Assembly: GCA_002633005.1 (NCBI GenBank)
Contig: NMRA01000015.1
Location: forward strand, 423,793 to 487,792
Reading direction: 5' to 3'
Source: Phoronis australis
Taxonomy: Eukaryota > Animalia > Phoronida
Length of the DNA: 64,000 bases
Positions 11,690 through 26,294 of the stretch are shown piece by piece; positions within the stretch are counted from its first letter, which is position 1, and each line of letters opens with the position of its first letter. The notes under the pieces are model-generated. The model was not told the DNA's origin. It did no database searches and worked only from the letters and a program-made list of their open reading frames with translations. The position numbers and the translations under genes were made by a program.

Positions 11690-14600
11690 AAAATACACGT
11701 ATGAGCAACCACTGGGGATTAAAAAGTGTCTAGAGAGTTTTCAATTCAAAATTTTTTGCATGGTACACTTTAGGTCTCGCTACAGACCAAGCCAGCTTGA
11801 TTTCTGTAGAGTATTGTGATGTTTTTTTATCAAAGTGTGCTTTCTAAAACTATTTATCTCAGCCAGTAGTGTTTGGTCCCGCGGCAGATCGACTATTTTT
11901 ATAGAGATAATAAGCACAGGTGTACTTTTGGTCTCGTGACGGACCAGGTCAGCCTTTTTGTGTACTCTCAGTGTACATGTACATGTGGCCTCCCTGCGAA
12001 CTGGTCCTGTATTTCTTTTCACCAAGGTCTACAGAACGTTTTGGTTTCGTGAAACTGTTTTCAGATGATTTGCTTCCTGATACATTTGATGTTTTTCAAT
12101 TGTTGTCAATGTGATTCAGTTTAAAAAAGTGATACTTAATTGTTTATTGTCGCTTTTAATAATAGACTTTGAGCTGAGAGCACCATCTTTCGCAGGTTTT
12201 TCTCGTAACGAGACAGAACACATGTTTATTTCCGGACTCCGGCCTTCGTTCTTAAACAACTTGAGGCTGCTGTTACGCGATCATCTGATATTCAAGTTTT
12301 TATGCCCCGTAGGTGCTCCTTATGCTCTTGAATATTTGGTAGTTGCCTAAACCCCTGTATACACACCACACTTTTTCGTATACGACTTTTCGTATGCTAA
12401 AATAGCAGATGTTCCAACAAAAATTTTTGCTGGTGGCGTGACTCATACCCAAATGTGCACAAATATGGTTTCACGAAAGTTATGAGCCAAGTTCATGTGA
12501 CGAAATCGAGAAGGGTTTTAAATTATTTAAAAAAAACTCCAGAGACATGTTAAGTGCCAGAAACTTACCAGGATGCATGGAAAGGACACTGTTTGGCTAC
12601 AAAAACAAAAAAATGTTTTACACGGGCGGAGGGAAACCCCCTCTCGACCTCCCGCCGCTCGGCGCCACGCGCCTCGGATTCGACCTTTGCGGGAATCCTA
12701 AACCCCCCCCTTACTGAAAACGATCCGTCACTGGATAAATCATTATTTTCGATCCTGGTATAAAAATGTAAAGCCGCAGATCCTTGTATTCTGTGGCAAT
12801 AATGGCAGAAACAATTCATCGGTGTCGCCGAAAAAATTCTGAAACATTTACCAATCAAATGCAATGAAAATGACCTCAACTTGAACTCCGCTAAGCGAGT
12901 GCGTTTATTCCATCGCGTGTGGATGACTACTAAGCAGCACCCCTTGTGAGTCTAGTTAGTGACGTTAGACAATGAAAAAGAAAAGATCTCCACTGGATCT
13001 GTGTGGGTCTACGAAGAGAATTTAAGGTTATCTCAAACCTTATTCCGAAAGAAAGTTGTACAAATTTAAGACAGGCCAGTAATAAAGTGACTAGATGTTC
13101 CGTCTGGGCGTCATAAATTGGATGTGATCCAACGAACACCTAAGTTGCCAAGGTTTTATCATACATAATGTTTTACATTGTAACGGTAAGTTCTCCATTT
13201 AAAAATAATAACATACTGGAACCTATTTGGTCGTCGAGATAACCAACATTTCAGTTTTTGCGTCCTGTAGCTTGGCATTACTCTGTCATATGGCCGTAGA
13301 AAGAAGGGGGGCCGCCTGGGGCACGCCCCCATCCAAAAAAACTTTCAGGCGTCAGAGTTAAACCGTGGCAACCGACATAGTACGCGTGGGGCGGGGACAG
13401 TCAAGAAAAGAAAGACTGCCAAATGTGGATAAGAGAGAAAACTCAAGAGAACATTTTTAAATGTTATTAAAATAACTCTGTATCAGTGCATAGTTTACCT
13501 TTTGAGGACCCTGGCCTGGACATTATTGTTGGGGTCTCCGCTTCGCAGCACAGGTCGTCTAAATGCAGTTGGAAACGTACACGTAATGATTCATGCATAT
13601 ATTTCGAAAAATCGACAAAATTTGTAAAGCGAAGCTTTTGCAGAGCGTATTAATTTACTGCAAAACCATATTTTTCCAGAGGCCCCTCTCTGGCAAGGGA
13701 TAAAGGAGACAACTGTCGCTTTTTTCTCGAATTGTATATCACTTGAGAAAAAATGATTACCCGACAGATATCAATTGCTGCATGTTTCTTGATTTTTGAA
13801 AATATAGATATTTTCACATAGAGGGGCCCCACTTCTGAAGGAGGCCATTGATGACATACAAGTGGCCACAGTTTTTATGTTTCTATTGACAAATTCTTAA
13901 GGGTACGCTTGCGGAGAGAAGATCCAACGTTGAACTTGATTACGTCTATTTTCCTATCTTTTGTGAAATCGTGCAACCACCTTTCATGTTGAATAAGGTC
14001 ACTCCATGCCCTGTCGTCTGACCACACGACGGTGGAATGAACTGTCCCTCTTTTCCAAGCTTAATGATATTTAGCTTTTCATAATTAAGGTGTCCCATTT
14101 CAGACAGGACCCTCTCTCGGTGGAGCGGTTCGGAAAAATGTCCCTTTGTCCCTCTATACATGTAAATCCGACACTGCCAAGTATTCACGAGGAAAGTTGT
14201 GACTTGAAATTCATCAAAAAACACAAAACATTCATGCACAGCACAGCAGTATCAAGACATTTGACCCAAACAACAAAAAATTGTGAAAAATACAATATGA
14301 TCGACCCCCATCGAAAGGGAGTCAGGAATTTTAAACAACGCGAAGACAGCTGTTAATTACACAAAATGACCATTTTCGATGGTTAGTTTTAAAATAATGT
14401 TACTGTTTCCATATTATCACAAGAATACTATCTCTTTTGAAGATGGTTACTATGAATTGTCTGAAAGGAATTCCCACATGTGGAAATCACTGCTGTCGAG
14501 GCTATCATTGGGGTGATCGTGGACATGTCGAACGAGTGTACCCAAATACTCGCAATAAACAAATTAAACAAATATTTCAGCGTTTTTTGTTTTGTTTTGA

Positions 14601-14744
14601 GGTCAAGTTAAAATCGTGAACCGTTATAGGTACCTCGGAAAGAGCAAAAATACATCTTACTATGAATGCCCAATCTCCCATTTCCCCAGGTAACCGTCAA
14701 AAATCTGCGAGCATGCCTGCGGAAATTGCTTACAACATGCCGTT

Positions 14745-15400
14745 TTGATCAACAAATCCGTTGGTTTCTGATTTACATTTTTATGTATATACGAAAACCG
14801 ACAGGTTAATAGATGATTTTGGCAATTAGAAGCTAATCTTTTAAGAAACGATGACGATTCAGGGAATTTAGTTGAAGCCTGAATATGGAAAAAATTATAA
14901 TCCGATCCCCAAATAGTAAAGTGCACTTGGACGCTTTTAGCCTATCTAAAATAACTCTCAAAAGCATTGATGAAATTAAGACACTTCCCAAAAAAATTAC
15001 TCACAATTCAAATGGCAATAAATGCATTGAATTTTGACATCGGTACAAGTCACTAACAGGGTCTCAAAAAGGAATTAAGTCATTAAATCAAGGTAAACGC
15101 ATTGCTCATGGATTTGATTGTTGCTTTCTGATTTACATGTTTATGTATCTACGAAAGAAGATTGATTGAGAGATGATGTTTTTGACAATTAGAAGCTAAT
15201 GTTGTAAGAAATGACAATACTTCAATGAACTTAATTGCAGGCCGACATTGGGAAAATTCGATCTTTCATCAGATCCCAAAATATAAAAGTACACTAAAGA
15301 TTTTTGTCTATCTGAAATAAGTCTTAAGGAAATTGATGCATTTCGGACAGCTCAACAATGTGTCCCAAAATGTTCTCACAATTCAAATGACAATAAATAG
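14745..15400. repeat. Old diverged tandem duplication, period about 360 bp
   Basis: The blocks TTTCTGATTTACAT, CAATTAGAAGCTAAT and CTCACAATTCAAATG.CAATAAAT each occur twice in the same order. Confidence 0.8.
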
Positions 15401-15616
15401 TTTATTGGCTTAGGAACTAGATTACTGGGTTTAAGTTGACAAACCGTAGATCGAAAACGAAGTTTAAGTACTTAAATAAATAAATAAAATCAAAACTTAT
15501 TGGTCATCAACTTGGAAAGGTTGTCTTTGAACTTCCTTGATGTTTTTGCTTCCAGTAGTATTACCCAATGAATTTTTGTTCCTCAAAACTGAATCATTTG
15601 CATACTACACATACGG

Positions 15617-15854
15617 CATGCGCGCACCAAGCCTAAAATATAGGGGGGCTCGAATTTTTGAGGATGTGGACCTTTTATTAAAGAAAAAACGAATACGAGG
15701 TTCGTTCAGAGCTATGAATTGTGCATACGCCAAATCCTGCCTTTTTAGTAGACTTTGGTCTCGTTTTACTCGGACTTTTGGTTTCTCTGAGGCGGACTTT
15801 TCTTGCCCACTTTGCCATCGAGCCCCCTAGCCCCCCCCCCTAGGTGCGCGCATG
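15617..15854. mobile_element. MITE with CATGCGCGCACC terminal inverted repeats, copy 2
   Basis: Ends are CATGCGCGCACC...GGTGCGCGCATG. The interior is a diverged reverse complement of 9346-9592. Confidence 0.8.
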
Positions 15855-17528
15855 CAGGGAGCACGTCATGACAGGCACACCCACGTTAAAAACAAAGTGT
15901 AACCATGCAGTAGGCATGCTTAGAATCTCAGTTACCCACGGGAACTGAATTTGAATTTCAGGATACATTTTGGGACACACTCTGTATCATTTTCTTTAGC
16001 AACCAGAAACTGGACTACTGTGTTTCATCAAATGATTCTGAAACGGCCACAAAGGCACTCATACTGGGCACCTCGGGTCCTCACTTTTCCAAATATTACT
16101 TCAAAGAATGGACATAATAAAATGAAGTTTTCCCGAAACTGGATCATAGTAAAAAGGAACCTTGACCTTCGACCCAGCTATAGTAACTTCAGGCAGCTCC
16201 CAGCTACCCGTCAGTACATTTGGGGCCTAGACACATTCTTACTCTCCGTGAATCTTTGTTGGTTCACGGTTACTCAAATCCTCATGGCTGCATCCCCGGT
16301 TTTACCCCCACCTATGGCGGACGTGGGGGTGGGGTCCGGTACAAATATGATGACATCCAGAGAACGGAGGGGATGACGATAGCACGGTTGGCAAAATCAA
16401 ATTGGTTTGTGCGCCCCCCCCCCCGAATATTTTTTTCCTTCCTACGGGCCTGTTTCCAGAGGTCCTTGCTCTTGCACCTCATACACGATTGTTAAAAAAG
16501 TGTAGAATTGCAAGTTCTTGAGAAAGTAAAGATATTTACCTTAGTACATGGCCCGGGTGAGGATTGAGGACCCACAGTTTTTATAACTCGGGACCTCGAA
16601 CTACCTTAATCCGGTAGTGCCGATGTGTACATGCTCCAGTTTCGAATTTGCAATTTTGAGATTAACCAACTTTCATTGAGCTCTGAAGCCTTTTCTCGAA
16701 TCCCTAATGATGTCGATATTCTAATCGGTAACGGAAATCAAGTCCTATCACGGAAAGGAGCATCTTGAGAGCAATTTTATAATGAGCTTAAGTGGCTTAC
16801 TTCATAACAGAAATGCAGTTTTATTGTTTAAAATTGCCACTTCATCAATAACGTTAGTGTGGTAAATAAGAACAAAGGCTAAAACATTAAAATGAAAAAT
16901 AGTCAATGGTCAATGCATGTTGGTCATCTGAAAGTGTTGTAACATGCCTCTATGTTTTCGGTCATTTGCAATGGGGGCTTGCTTATTTATTTTTTTAAGT
17001 TTGTGCGTTCGGATGGCCAATTTCCCGTGGATATGCTATGGACTAGAATTGTTAGAGACTAATTTCAAGTGTAGTACTGAAAGGTACATGTGAAAGGAAG
17101 TTTTAAAAATTGCAGTTTTCAATTAATAAGCAGACCCTGAAATCTCTTAAACGTTATATCCTCAGCGTACCTGGTGGCATCGGCCGCAAAATAAGACACA
17201 CAGATTTGTATTTTCGGTGAATTTCCTAATCCTTGTGTAAAGAGGTACAACGAAGCGTTCTTACCGTAATCTTTTTAAGGCGTCAAAATAACGAATGCAC
17301 TACAGAAACACAGCCACGGCTGAGTGCTGTTCGTGCTACGATAGCGAGGTTTTCTCTTCCTTTGACGGGAAGAGGGTGCACCGCATAAGTATATGTGATG
17401 TCTACGGTCCAGCGGCTGTACGTATTTGGTACTAACCGATGGATATGAAAACTATAACAGAACCCACATTGGCAGAGTACTATGAAATGCATGGACTGTT
17501 CGACGTTTCAAACAATAATACTAACCTG

Positions 17529-17678
17529 GGCCCGGTTGCATAAAAGTTATACGCCGTATAGCAACAATGACGTCGTATTATCACGCGCCACGTCGTTATT
17601 GTTGAATAATGCACTTGACGTCATGCAACAATTTAACTTATTCAGCGGATAACTTTTGAAGCTTTATGCAACTCAACC
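17529..17678. mobile_element. PIF/Harbinger-like MITE
   Basis: Imperfect TIRs GGCCCGGTTGCATAAA / TTTATGCAACTCAACC, with CTG on both sides (3-bp TSD). Confidence 0.65.
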
Positions 17679-19535
17679 CTGAAGTGCACTTCAATACATA
17701 ACTGTATGCGGAACGTGAGTCGCCTACTCAGATCGCCACGAACAGGAGCACTTGACGGATCTGGTAGTTTATGAATACCTTATGGATATCTCACAACTAG
17801 TAAATTTTGATGTGATGAACTTTAATTAAATAAATAAACATTTTGCTGGGTTTATAGCTTCCATCTTTCAAAAGAATTATCGGTGTTATAGGGGAAAATC
17901 TCCTTTACGAAAGTTTGGTTTTCATGAAAGTTCCCTACGAAAGAATACAAGTCCCATATGATCGCACTATCTCTCCATGACATCATTTTTATGGTGCCGA
18001 CTCTCTAAAAGGGTTACTATCCTAATTTTGTAACCATAAAAATTACTTCCCAATTAGCTAACAGTATTATATCTACTGAAACGCGTTAGCCAGATATGAA
18101 GATCGTTAAAGAGTTTTTAACAAGTGGGCAGCGTCAAAAGTTTCAACATTTCTGCAGTGCTGAGGGAGGTGGGTGAACTGTCAAATTTGCGCTGTCACAA
18201 TGAAATTGCGCCCTTGTCAAAAAACACTCTCAAATCTGAACGCTACGTAACTGGTAGAAAAAAATAGCCAACTGCTGTCACCTTTATTTCGCAAATGTGC
18301 GCTGTCATATTTATTAGATATCAAATAACTTGACATCAAATATGCATTTCGCCCCGTTTAGCTGGCTGAAAAACGAAAATCGAATGTAGCCTTTTACGCT
18401 CATAAAATCGGTCGTACAATATCCCTTACGATAGGATTCCATTTCCGTTACCAAATAATGTGGCAATTTGGAGTCGCGAACAATTTGGAGTCCCTGGTAA
18501 TTAAACATTTGAGGCAGGTGAGTTTTGAGGTAAGCATTACATGCAGATTCAGTGAATCTGGTTTGTTGTGTTTGCGAACATGTTGGGAATGAGAAAAGTC
18601 CACTAATTCGGCTTTAGTTACACTTTTCTTTAAAACGGCGTGCCTTAAAGCATTGAAGCATTGCCAGGTAGCGACTAAGGAGTTTGCTGTGATTTTTGAC
18701 AGTCCTCAAACAAACCAAATTTCAAAAAGATCTATCCGAATGGCAGCACTTTTGAACCGCATTTTTGAAATCTGCCTAAAATTTGACTTCGGACTCTAGT
18801 GTTGACTTATTACTAGCATTGGCAGGGAAGTGGAAATTTTGGACTGAAAACTGCCAATGTTGCGTTTTTGCCCCTTTTTTCGGAGCCTCGCTTCCTTTCT
18901 CTCTGGACATAAATGGGTCGAAAATATGAGACATGGTAAAGTTTCTGCGATCATGCGTAGCGCTTTTGATACGAGACCACTCACAGTCTCATATTGTATT
19001 CATGGAGTTTTCGACACAGTGGAGAAAAGGCATCAAGTCCAATGACGTCCCACAGAGAACTGTACTGTGCTTCGTAACGTTGACGAGTACAGGTGCCGTT
19101 ATCGAATTCGCAATTCTAGGGCTGGTAAACTCCAATAAACACTTAAGCGTTTACTCGAGTCACTGATGGTTCCTTTGTTCTCGTTGGTACGGAAAAAGAA
19201 TGCTATCAAGGTAAGGAACATTATGAGACCAATTTTATGGAGGGGGTACTAACTGGATGTTCGTTTTTCTAGTCAGCTAGCCTAACTCAAAAGCGCGTTA
19301 AGAGATATTGTAGTATTCTCTCTGAATACAGTTCTCACTCATGACCTATGTACAATCAACTGTTACTAGACAAACCCTCGTTTGCCCTATCAAAGAAACA
19401 ATTTTTACTTCGACAATTTACTGGTCACAACTAGTTTTTTACTCTGACGAGAAGTGATTTCTGAGCTTGTAAAAAGCATACAGTTCATTATTGCTGGGGA
19501 CTTTGCTCGGGGCTAAATAGGCTAACCCGTCTTAA

Positions 19536-20855
19536 AGGCGAAGGCAACCTTTTTTCATGTCATTTTTAGCAAAAATAAGGTTCGTTGATTATCCCAGACA
19601 TATTTTTTCACTTAATTACTGCTTGTCGTAATTTAATTAATTACTCGTCGTCTACTCCGGAAGTGACGTTTTGGGAGGCAAGAATTTCTTTTCATATAGT
19701 CTGACTGTGAGAGCAGTCGAGTCAATCATTGTTCTACCTCGGTTGTGATAAGTTCGGTCGTCGCTTGCTTTTGCTTAAGAGTCAGTCAACATGCCACGCT
19801 GTTGCTGCGTACTGGGGTGTACTCATTATTGTCTCACGTACAGAGGAAGAACTGTCCCACATGCCCGAGTGTCCCGCGACACATTCCCACTGGAGGGTGA
19901 TCTGAGCACCCAAACTGCTTACATCCCGCCGTGTGACTCCCGCGCCACACATGTGGCACCTTCCAAATAGCTCCAATACACGTCCACAATAAACTTATCA
20001 AACTTAGGCTCACCGATCTGTTCATTGGATGACGAACTGTCCTCTTCACTGGGTGTCGTACTGGGCTTGTATTCACTCCCACTACTCGACATCGCTGCAG
20101 GGCTGCTTACAGGCTCTGGGCTAGAGACAACAGCACAGGGCGAATCAATGCTAGTTCCCGGAATTGCACGCAATGGGGGTACGTTCAGAGGCACGGGTAA
20201 CAGTAGATGAAGTGCCTCCAGTCACTGTATATAGTGGCCACAGCTCGCGAGGCTTCTCGCTTCAAAAACGCACTTGTCGGGGTTGGCGACGGGGCACTGC
20301 CGGGAATCAACAGCGACGGTATGATACCCTTCTTCAGGCGTTGTTTCGCAGGGACCTTCATCAATTCAGCGTACATATCTGTCATAATTTGACGGCAGAA
20401 AATGCTTGCTACACACTCGGTAACCCTCCATTGCTTTGTACGTTGCGTGGACGGGTAGCGCTGCGTTCTTCAAATGAACGAGCTAGCCAAGTATGGCGAA
20501 GTGTGTCATCCTTCGGAAAGCGACGCAAGGTACCCAAAGCGCGTGTGAGACGATAATGAGTACATCCCGGCACGCAGCAACAGCGTGGCATGTTGACTGA
20601 CTTGTAAACAAAAGCAAACGACGACCGAACTTATCGCAAACGAGGTAGAACAATGACTGACTCGACAGCTCTCACAGTCAGACTATATTGAAAAGAAATT
20701 GGCGCGAAACTCTTGCCTCCCAAAACGTCACTTCCGGAGCAGAGGACGAGAAATTAATCAAATTACGAAAAGCTGTAATTAAGTGAAAAATGTGTCTGGG
20801 ATAATCAATGAACCTTTTTTGCTAAAAGTGACATGAAAAAAGGTTGCCTTCGCCT
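19536..20855 (-). mobile_element. Kolobok-type DNA transposon derivative with about 300-bp inverted arms and a decayed THAP-domain ORF
   Basis: Ends are TTAA|AGGCGAAGGCAACC...GGTTGCCTTCGCCT|TTAA. Arms lie at 19536-19837 and 20545-20855. Frameshifted minus-strand coding pieces read MPRCCCVPGC..RFPKD..W, RVCSKHF, LKKGIIPSL (THAP) and ELFGRCHMC..WECVAGHSGMWDSS (Cys/His cluster). A TTAA target with AG..CT termini is the Kolobok pattern. Confidence 0.85.
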
Positions 20856-21074
20856 TTAACAAGACAGCTTGTTGAGCTTGGTCTCAACTAAACAACCTCA
20901 ACGAGCTGTCTGTTCTTTCCAACCCATAAGGAACAAGCTTAGATCAAAGTCACATAGCCTACAGGCAACTACAAGTGCATTTTTTTTAGTTTTTGACAGG
21001 AGGCGGCTTTGCAGATTTAAACCTTAGGGCTGGACTGCTGAAACAGAACGCTTAAAGCGCACCTTGGTATAACA

Positions 21075-21351
21075 CATACTTGCCAAATGTCCCGCTTTTG
21101 GCTGGATCGTCCCGATTTTTGAACCTTCATCCCGCGCCCGGCCACATCATTCAAATGTCCCGTTTTTTGACCCACGCGGTGAAATTGTATATTTTTGTGT
21201 TTTTACACAAGATTTACTCCCATTTTCTTGTGTCATTTCACAGAAATGACTGAACAAAACAGGGAAAAACACCGTCTAAGCGTTTTAGGGTGTTGCGGCA
21301 TACATTTGAGTCTGGCGTTCCCGATTTCACTTTCGAATGTTGGCAACTATG
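21075..21351. mobile_element. MITE with CATA(C/G)TTGCCAA terminal inverted repeats (hAT-like)
   Basis: Ends are CATACTTGCCAA...TTGGCAACTATG, with repeated subterminal TCCCG motifs. Confidence 0.7.
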
Positions 21352-24300
21352 AACAGCATACCTTGTATAGAACGTTTACAGCGATACAACGAGCAAACTT
21401 CGAAGTCCTGATTTCCGGAATTGTAGTTGGTGTAAGTCACAATCGTTTACAACGCACACCTTTTCAACGTTAAATCGATGTAACCTTTAAAATTTCTGTC
21501 CTCAATTACCATCAGCCTATTTTTACAGGCATTGGCCTACTTTGCGACCCATTCTGAAGAACGTGTTACGCGCACGTGAATACGCCACCAGTGGAGACAC
21601 TAACGCGTTTTGAGTTGCCTATATAACAATCAAGTCCATATTCGAGACTCGGCTGTGTTAAGGGCTAAAGTGAAAATTTTCTGGTTAGTTACCAAATGCC
21701 AACTGGATCTCATATGCAAAGGGTTATTTAGTTATGCAAAATAAAAAAGAATTATCAAAATTAGATCGTGTTTGAGAAATTTATACAATTTTTTGTCTTT
21801 GAATATCATGCATTTTTAGCGTTACGAGTGGCCATTTCCAATTTTCAAATGTCAAGAGTAGAAAAGAAATTTATTTTATTAAGTATGCAATTGTTTTGAT
21901 ATGACTAGGAATAAGTCCCCTTCATAATCACTTATATAAAGTTGTCATTAATCATTGAGAAACGGTAGGGTTCACCCTAAAACAGGAACAAATTTTGTAA
22001 TTTCTGTGTTTCTAACCCTCATCTACTGTAATGAAAGTTGACGCACTACAGAATATGTTAGCCTAGGCAACAAAGCAAATTATTCTAAAGAAACCAAAAG
22101 TTTGGATATTACCCGGGCTCTGCTATGTTGACAAAGGGCCAAAAGGCTAATAAAACGTAGTGTACGTACCCTAAGTGAAATTCAGGAACATAAGTGGTGA
22201 TTGCAAATGAAATTGCCTTTTAAATAAAAACAATATGTTTATTACCACCAAAGAAAAATAATTGGCTATACGCATAATATTACCATGAAACAGTGATTTA
22301 GTGCATGTACCAATTTTTGTAGTGCACGTACCCCGAAGTTAACTAATATCATGAAACTAAAATATTACTTGGTAAATGAGCAACATTGGTCACAGACAGT
22401 TTCCTCCCTTAAAAAATGTTAGGTTAAAAGGGTGTTTATTACAAATACTTTGTTTTGAGTGAAATGTTGACATTTGTAGTGTAGGTAGGCCTACTCTATA
22501 TTTTAGTATGTGGCTATTTTCACTGCTTACACGTTCTCTTTCAATAGATTTGGTAAATGAACTAACTCTCAGTAGATTCAAAGTATTTAGTTATAAACCT
22601 GAGATGTCATTGATATGTAATGTACGTACATTTGTAGTGTACGTACCTTCAACTTTTGTGCCATGAAATATTGCCTACACGTATTTATACATACTGCTGT
22701 TCTTGTGAACATTACTAGCATATCCTAAATGCAACCCAGTCAGCCAAAAAACAAATAGACATTGTCCAATTTGTGGGAAACAGAATGCCGCACAGGAGTT
22801 AGCCAGCAACATCCTAGAAGACACGTCATGAGACAACTGATGTTACAAACACAGAATAGATGCTCTATCTCTCAAGACTACTTACTGCAAACCAACTAGT
22901 AGCGACAGCACAAAACTCGCGATCATCGGAGTCATTTGAAACTTAGTCAAAATTTGATGTTGATTGAGTGTACGTTATTACGTACCGGGTAGTGTATGTA
23001 CCTCCGACCAGTACCATTTATTTACTGTTTACAAGTTGAATGCTGGACCTAGCATTGCTTTAAACTACAAACAGAGTACTGTTAGCCGGCTACGTTTTAT
23101 TACGTAATATTGACATTTTAAAAACCCAATTCATTACCAAGACAACTTTTAAGAAACATATTTATGGAAAAATATTTTGTGATGAAAAACATCGCTTGTA
23201 CAAATGAATGACAGGTGCCAATACCTTTTTAACTTTATAAAATCAAATTTCAAGCAATTTTCATTGATGTAATAGTCTTATGTAGACCATGGAAATACTG
23301 GAATAATGCAACTGCAAAAAAATCGAACAACCTAGGGATACAAACTAAAATTCCAATAATGTTCATCAATACTTATTTTTTCCCTGTTGCATGTCTCAAT
23401 GCACTTGCAGGAATAATAAAACAACATTACGCTTCACATTACTTGTATTTTCACGAAGCTCATCCAAGTTGTTTCAAAAGAGCGACTACATACTTCAATA
23501 CGGCCCGCAGAAAGAAATTTGTGCCTAATCAGGGGGCCAGAGTTTGTCGAAGTTGAGTTTGTCTGTTGAACTGGCACCTTTCTATGACCCTGTGGCGTGT
23601 GATTGCTTATTGTAAAATGAGGCGAGTATCTCAGGAAAAAATAGATAAAAACTAATACGGAATTGAGGTCTTCTTTTGGCCTACTTTATCCAACAGTTAA
23701 CCTCAAAATTCCTACTTTCCTCACGCTTCTTGTTAATATCTCCATCCATCCCACGACGCTCTTTCATTTGAAAAAGTTTGAAAACCTAATATCAACACTT
23801 GTTTGTAATTAAAAGTGGTTTTTTATTATACTAGCAGGCGATGTGATTTTTTAAAAGTTAATTTTCTGTTACTCAGTCCTACTTTGCTTGTTTAATATCA
23901 TAAACAATATTCAATGTCAGATGGAATGCCTCAGACGATATTTTCTTTAATAATGACGCAATGTACATGAACTCTAAATTTCAACATTTTTTTCATTTTT
24001 CAACAAATTCATTGTAAAATACACGAAAATATACAACTTTAAAAAAAATAAAAAAATGAATGAGTTAACATCGTAAAAGATAATTGTCAGCCAATGTGCT
24101 CACGAAACCTATGTCTACTGCTCCTACAGATGAGCAGGGCCCCTTGACCAATTCTGTGTTAGATTGTCAAGAAGACAGTAAGCATGTCTGCTCATCAAGT
24201 GTTCTGCTTTTTGTTGTCAAAGGCCATATTTCGTCAATAATGTTGACACTCAAATGTACCCCAGTGAAGTCTACCTCTGTCAAATATAATGAGTTGGTGC

Positions 24301-26294
24301 CGTACGAACAGTTCTGTCGCAGTTTTCGTGAAAATAGAACATTGTCTGGGAAAGATAACTATATTGTACAGTAAAGATGTGCACATGAGAAACATAATTA
24401 TGACTTTGCTCGAAAAAACACCTCCTAAGAAAAAACGTCCGAGTGGTTCATGAAGATGGCTGCCAAAAGATTTTGACTTGATCAAATTATCGCTGCGACT
24501 TTAACAAGTATGATTAACTATCTAGCTCACCTTCATAGGTATTTAATACTTACCTACTTACACACCTTTCTTCTCCCTGTCCTATTGGTCACCTGCAGAC
24601 ATGTCTTGCAGTCTTCCACAAGATTAAGCTATGGTATGACACAAATTTTCAAAAATTAAGACTTTCAAACATTGAACTCAGACTAAAGTTCATTAAACAG
24701 CCTTGTAGACTGGTATCAAAGTAATGCCTGGGCTCTTATACGACTTTGTGGCGTTCTCAACGCACTGTTGGCGAATAGTTCTAAAATGCAGCAAAAGAAC
24801 AGCTAATTCTTCGTGGGCACATCTGATATCATGTGGTTTCTGGTAATTCCAAATGGGGTATTTTTGGTGTCAAGTTAGAAGAAGCTGAAATTGATTTGAT
24901 TTCATTTCATTTTACTAAGTGGAAACCCGTGCACATTTCCACAGACACGTAAACCACAAGCAGATAGTCCAGCCAACTCACAGGATTGAGTGGTAGTCAA
25001 GTGTTTTTCATTCAATTATCACAGGTGATAATGACCGTCAGCTCAAGGTATGTCACGAATGCGATCGCGAGTCAAAACATCGACCATCACGTCATCAATT
25101 AAATTCCAATTATGCAACTATTGTCGCAAGCAGCACTGATAGCGTGACCATCCGACCGCGATAATGCGATGACACTTGGGACTTGGGTTTGGGTTCAGAA
25201 TTCACCTAATTCCGCCATCGTATCTGCGCCCTAACCAGCCAGCTAGCTATAGGAAGGGACGTCAAAATGCATTTAAACAATTTTGCACCAAGGCTATATG
25301 AGTCCAAGATTAATGCACAAATCGACTGCAAATCTACATTAACTCTTCCAAAGCCAAGTCTCTGTATCACTCAGTGCTTGATGAGGATACTTACATTATG
25401 AGGTGCAATGATTAAACAACACTCTAAAAATTGTATTGTCTGTGGGTGTGGTCCGGTGTGTCGTGCAATGACACACATGTGTTGTTTTCTGGTGTATTCT
25501 AAAATTATGACATGGCAGGTAATTGGCAGGTAGAGTATTCAAGATCTGATTACGGGTGAAAACACGTTATCTACGGTCAATGAAGGGGTTTGCTTGAAAT
25601 TCATACCCCCGCCGGCCTGGATAAGCCTTTAATACAGTACCTCGTCTCACTTCTTACATTTCGAATTGGCAGATCCTGAGTATATCTTGAATTTGAGACA
25701 ATAACATCTCGACGACGGACAGTTTGACGGCCATTGCGTCAATCCCAATTCACCAGGTTTAACGATCGACCGAACTTCTTTCCTATGTCGAAAAACTTGA
25801 CTTTCATTCAGCATTTGGTAGGCCTATACTGATAAAACAGGGTAGTGTTCATTAACACTAGGACCTATGTCAGCCTCGTCCCAAGCCCCAAGATGATGGC
25901 GGTGATCGGTTTAGCCATTTGCGGCTTGGTCAGAGATACCTTCTTCGCAATGATTGGCAAAGGCAGATTTTAATTATTTTCACAGGAGTTGGAAGTTGCT
26001 GCCATTCATGAAACAGGAGGGACTGTAAGTTTTGGTTGTATAGAAATCTGTTTTCGAATCAAAATGCCATACATCGTCTTCACAATAATTTAGACCTAAA
26101 TAACTGCAATATACCGTTAGTTTTCATTTTTAAGTTATACTGCAGGAAATTGCAGAGTTGATATCAAATTTTATATTACACGTCTGCAATTTCCGTAAAA
26201 ATGCCCGCGTTACACTGCGACACTCGAATTTCGCTGTATTTACCCACAGTGCTGTAAACATCCGTGAGGCACATTTGCTGCCTCGTTTTCGTGT

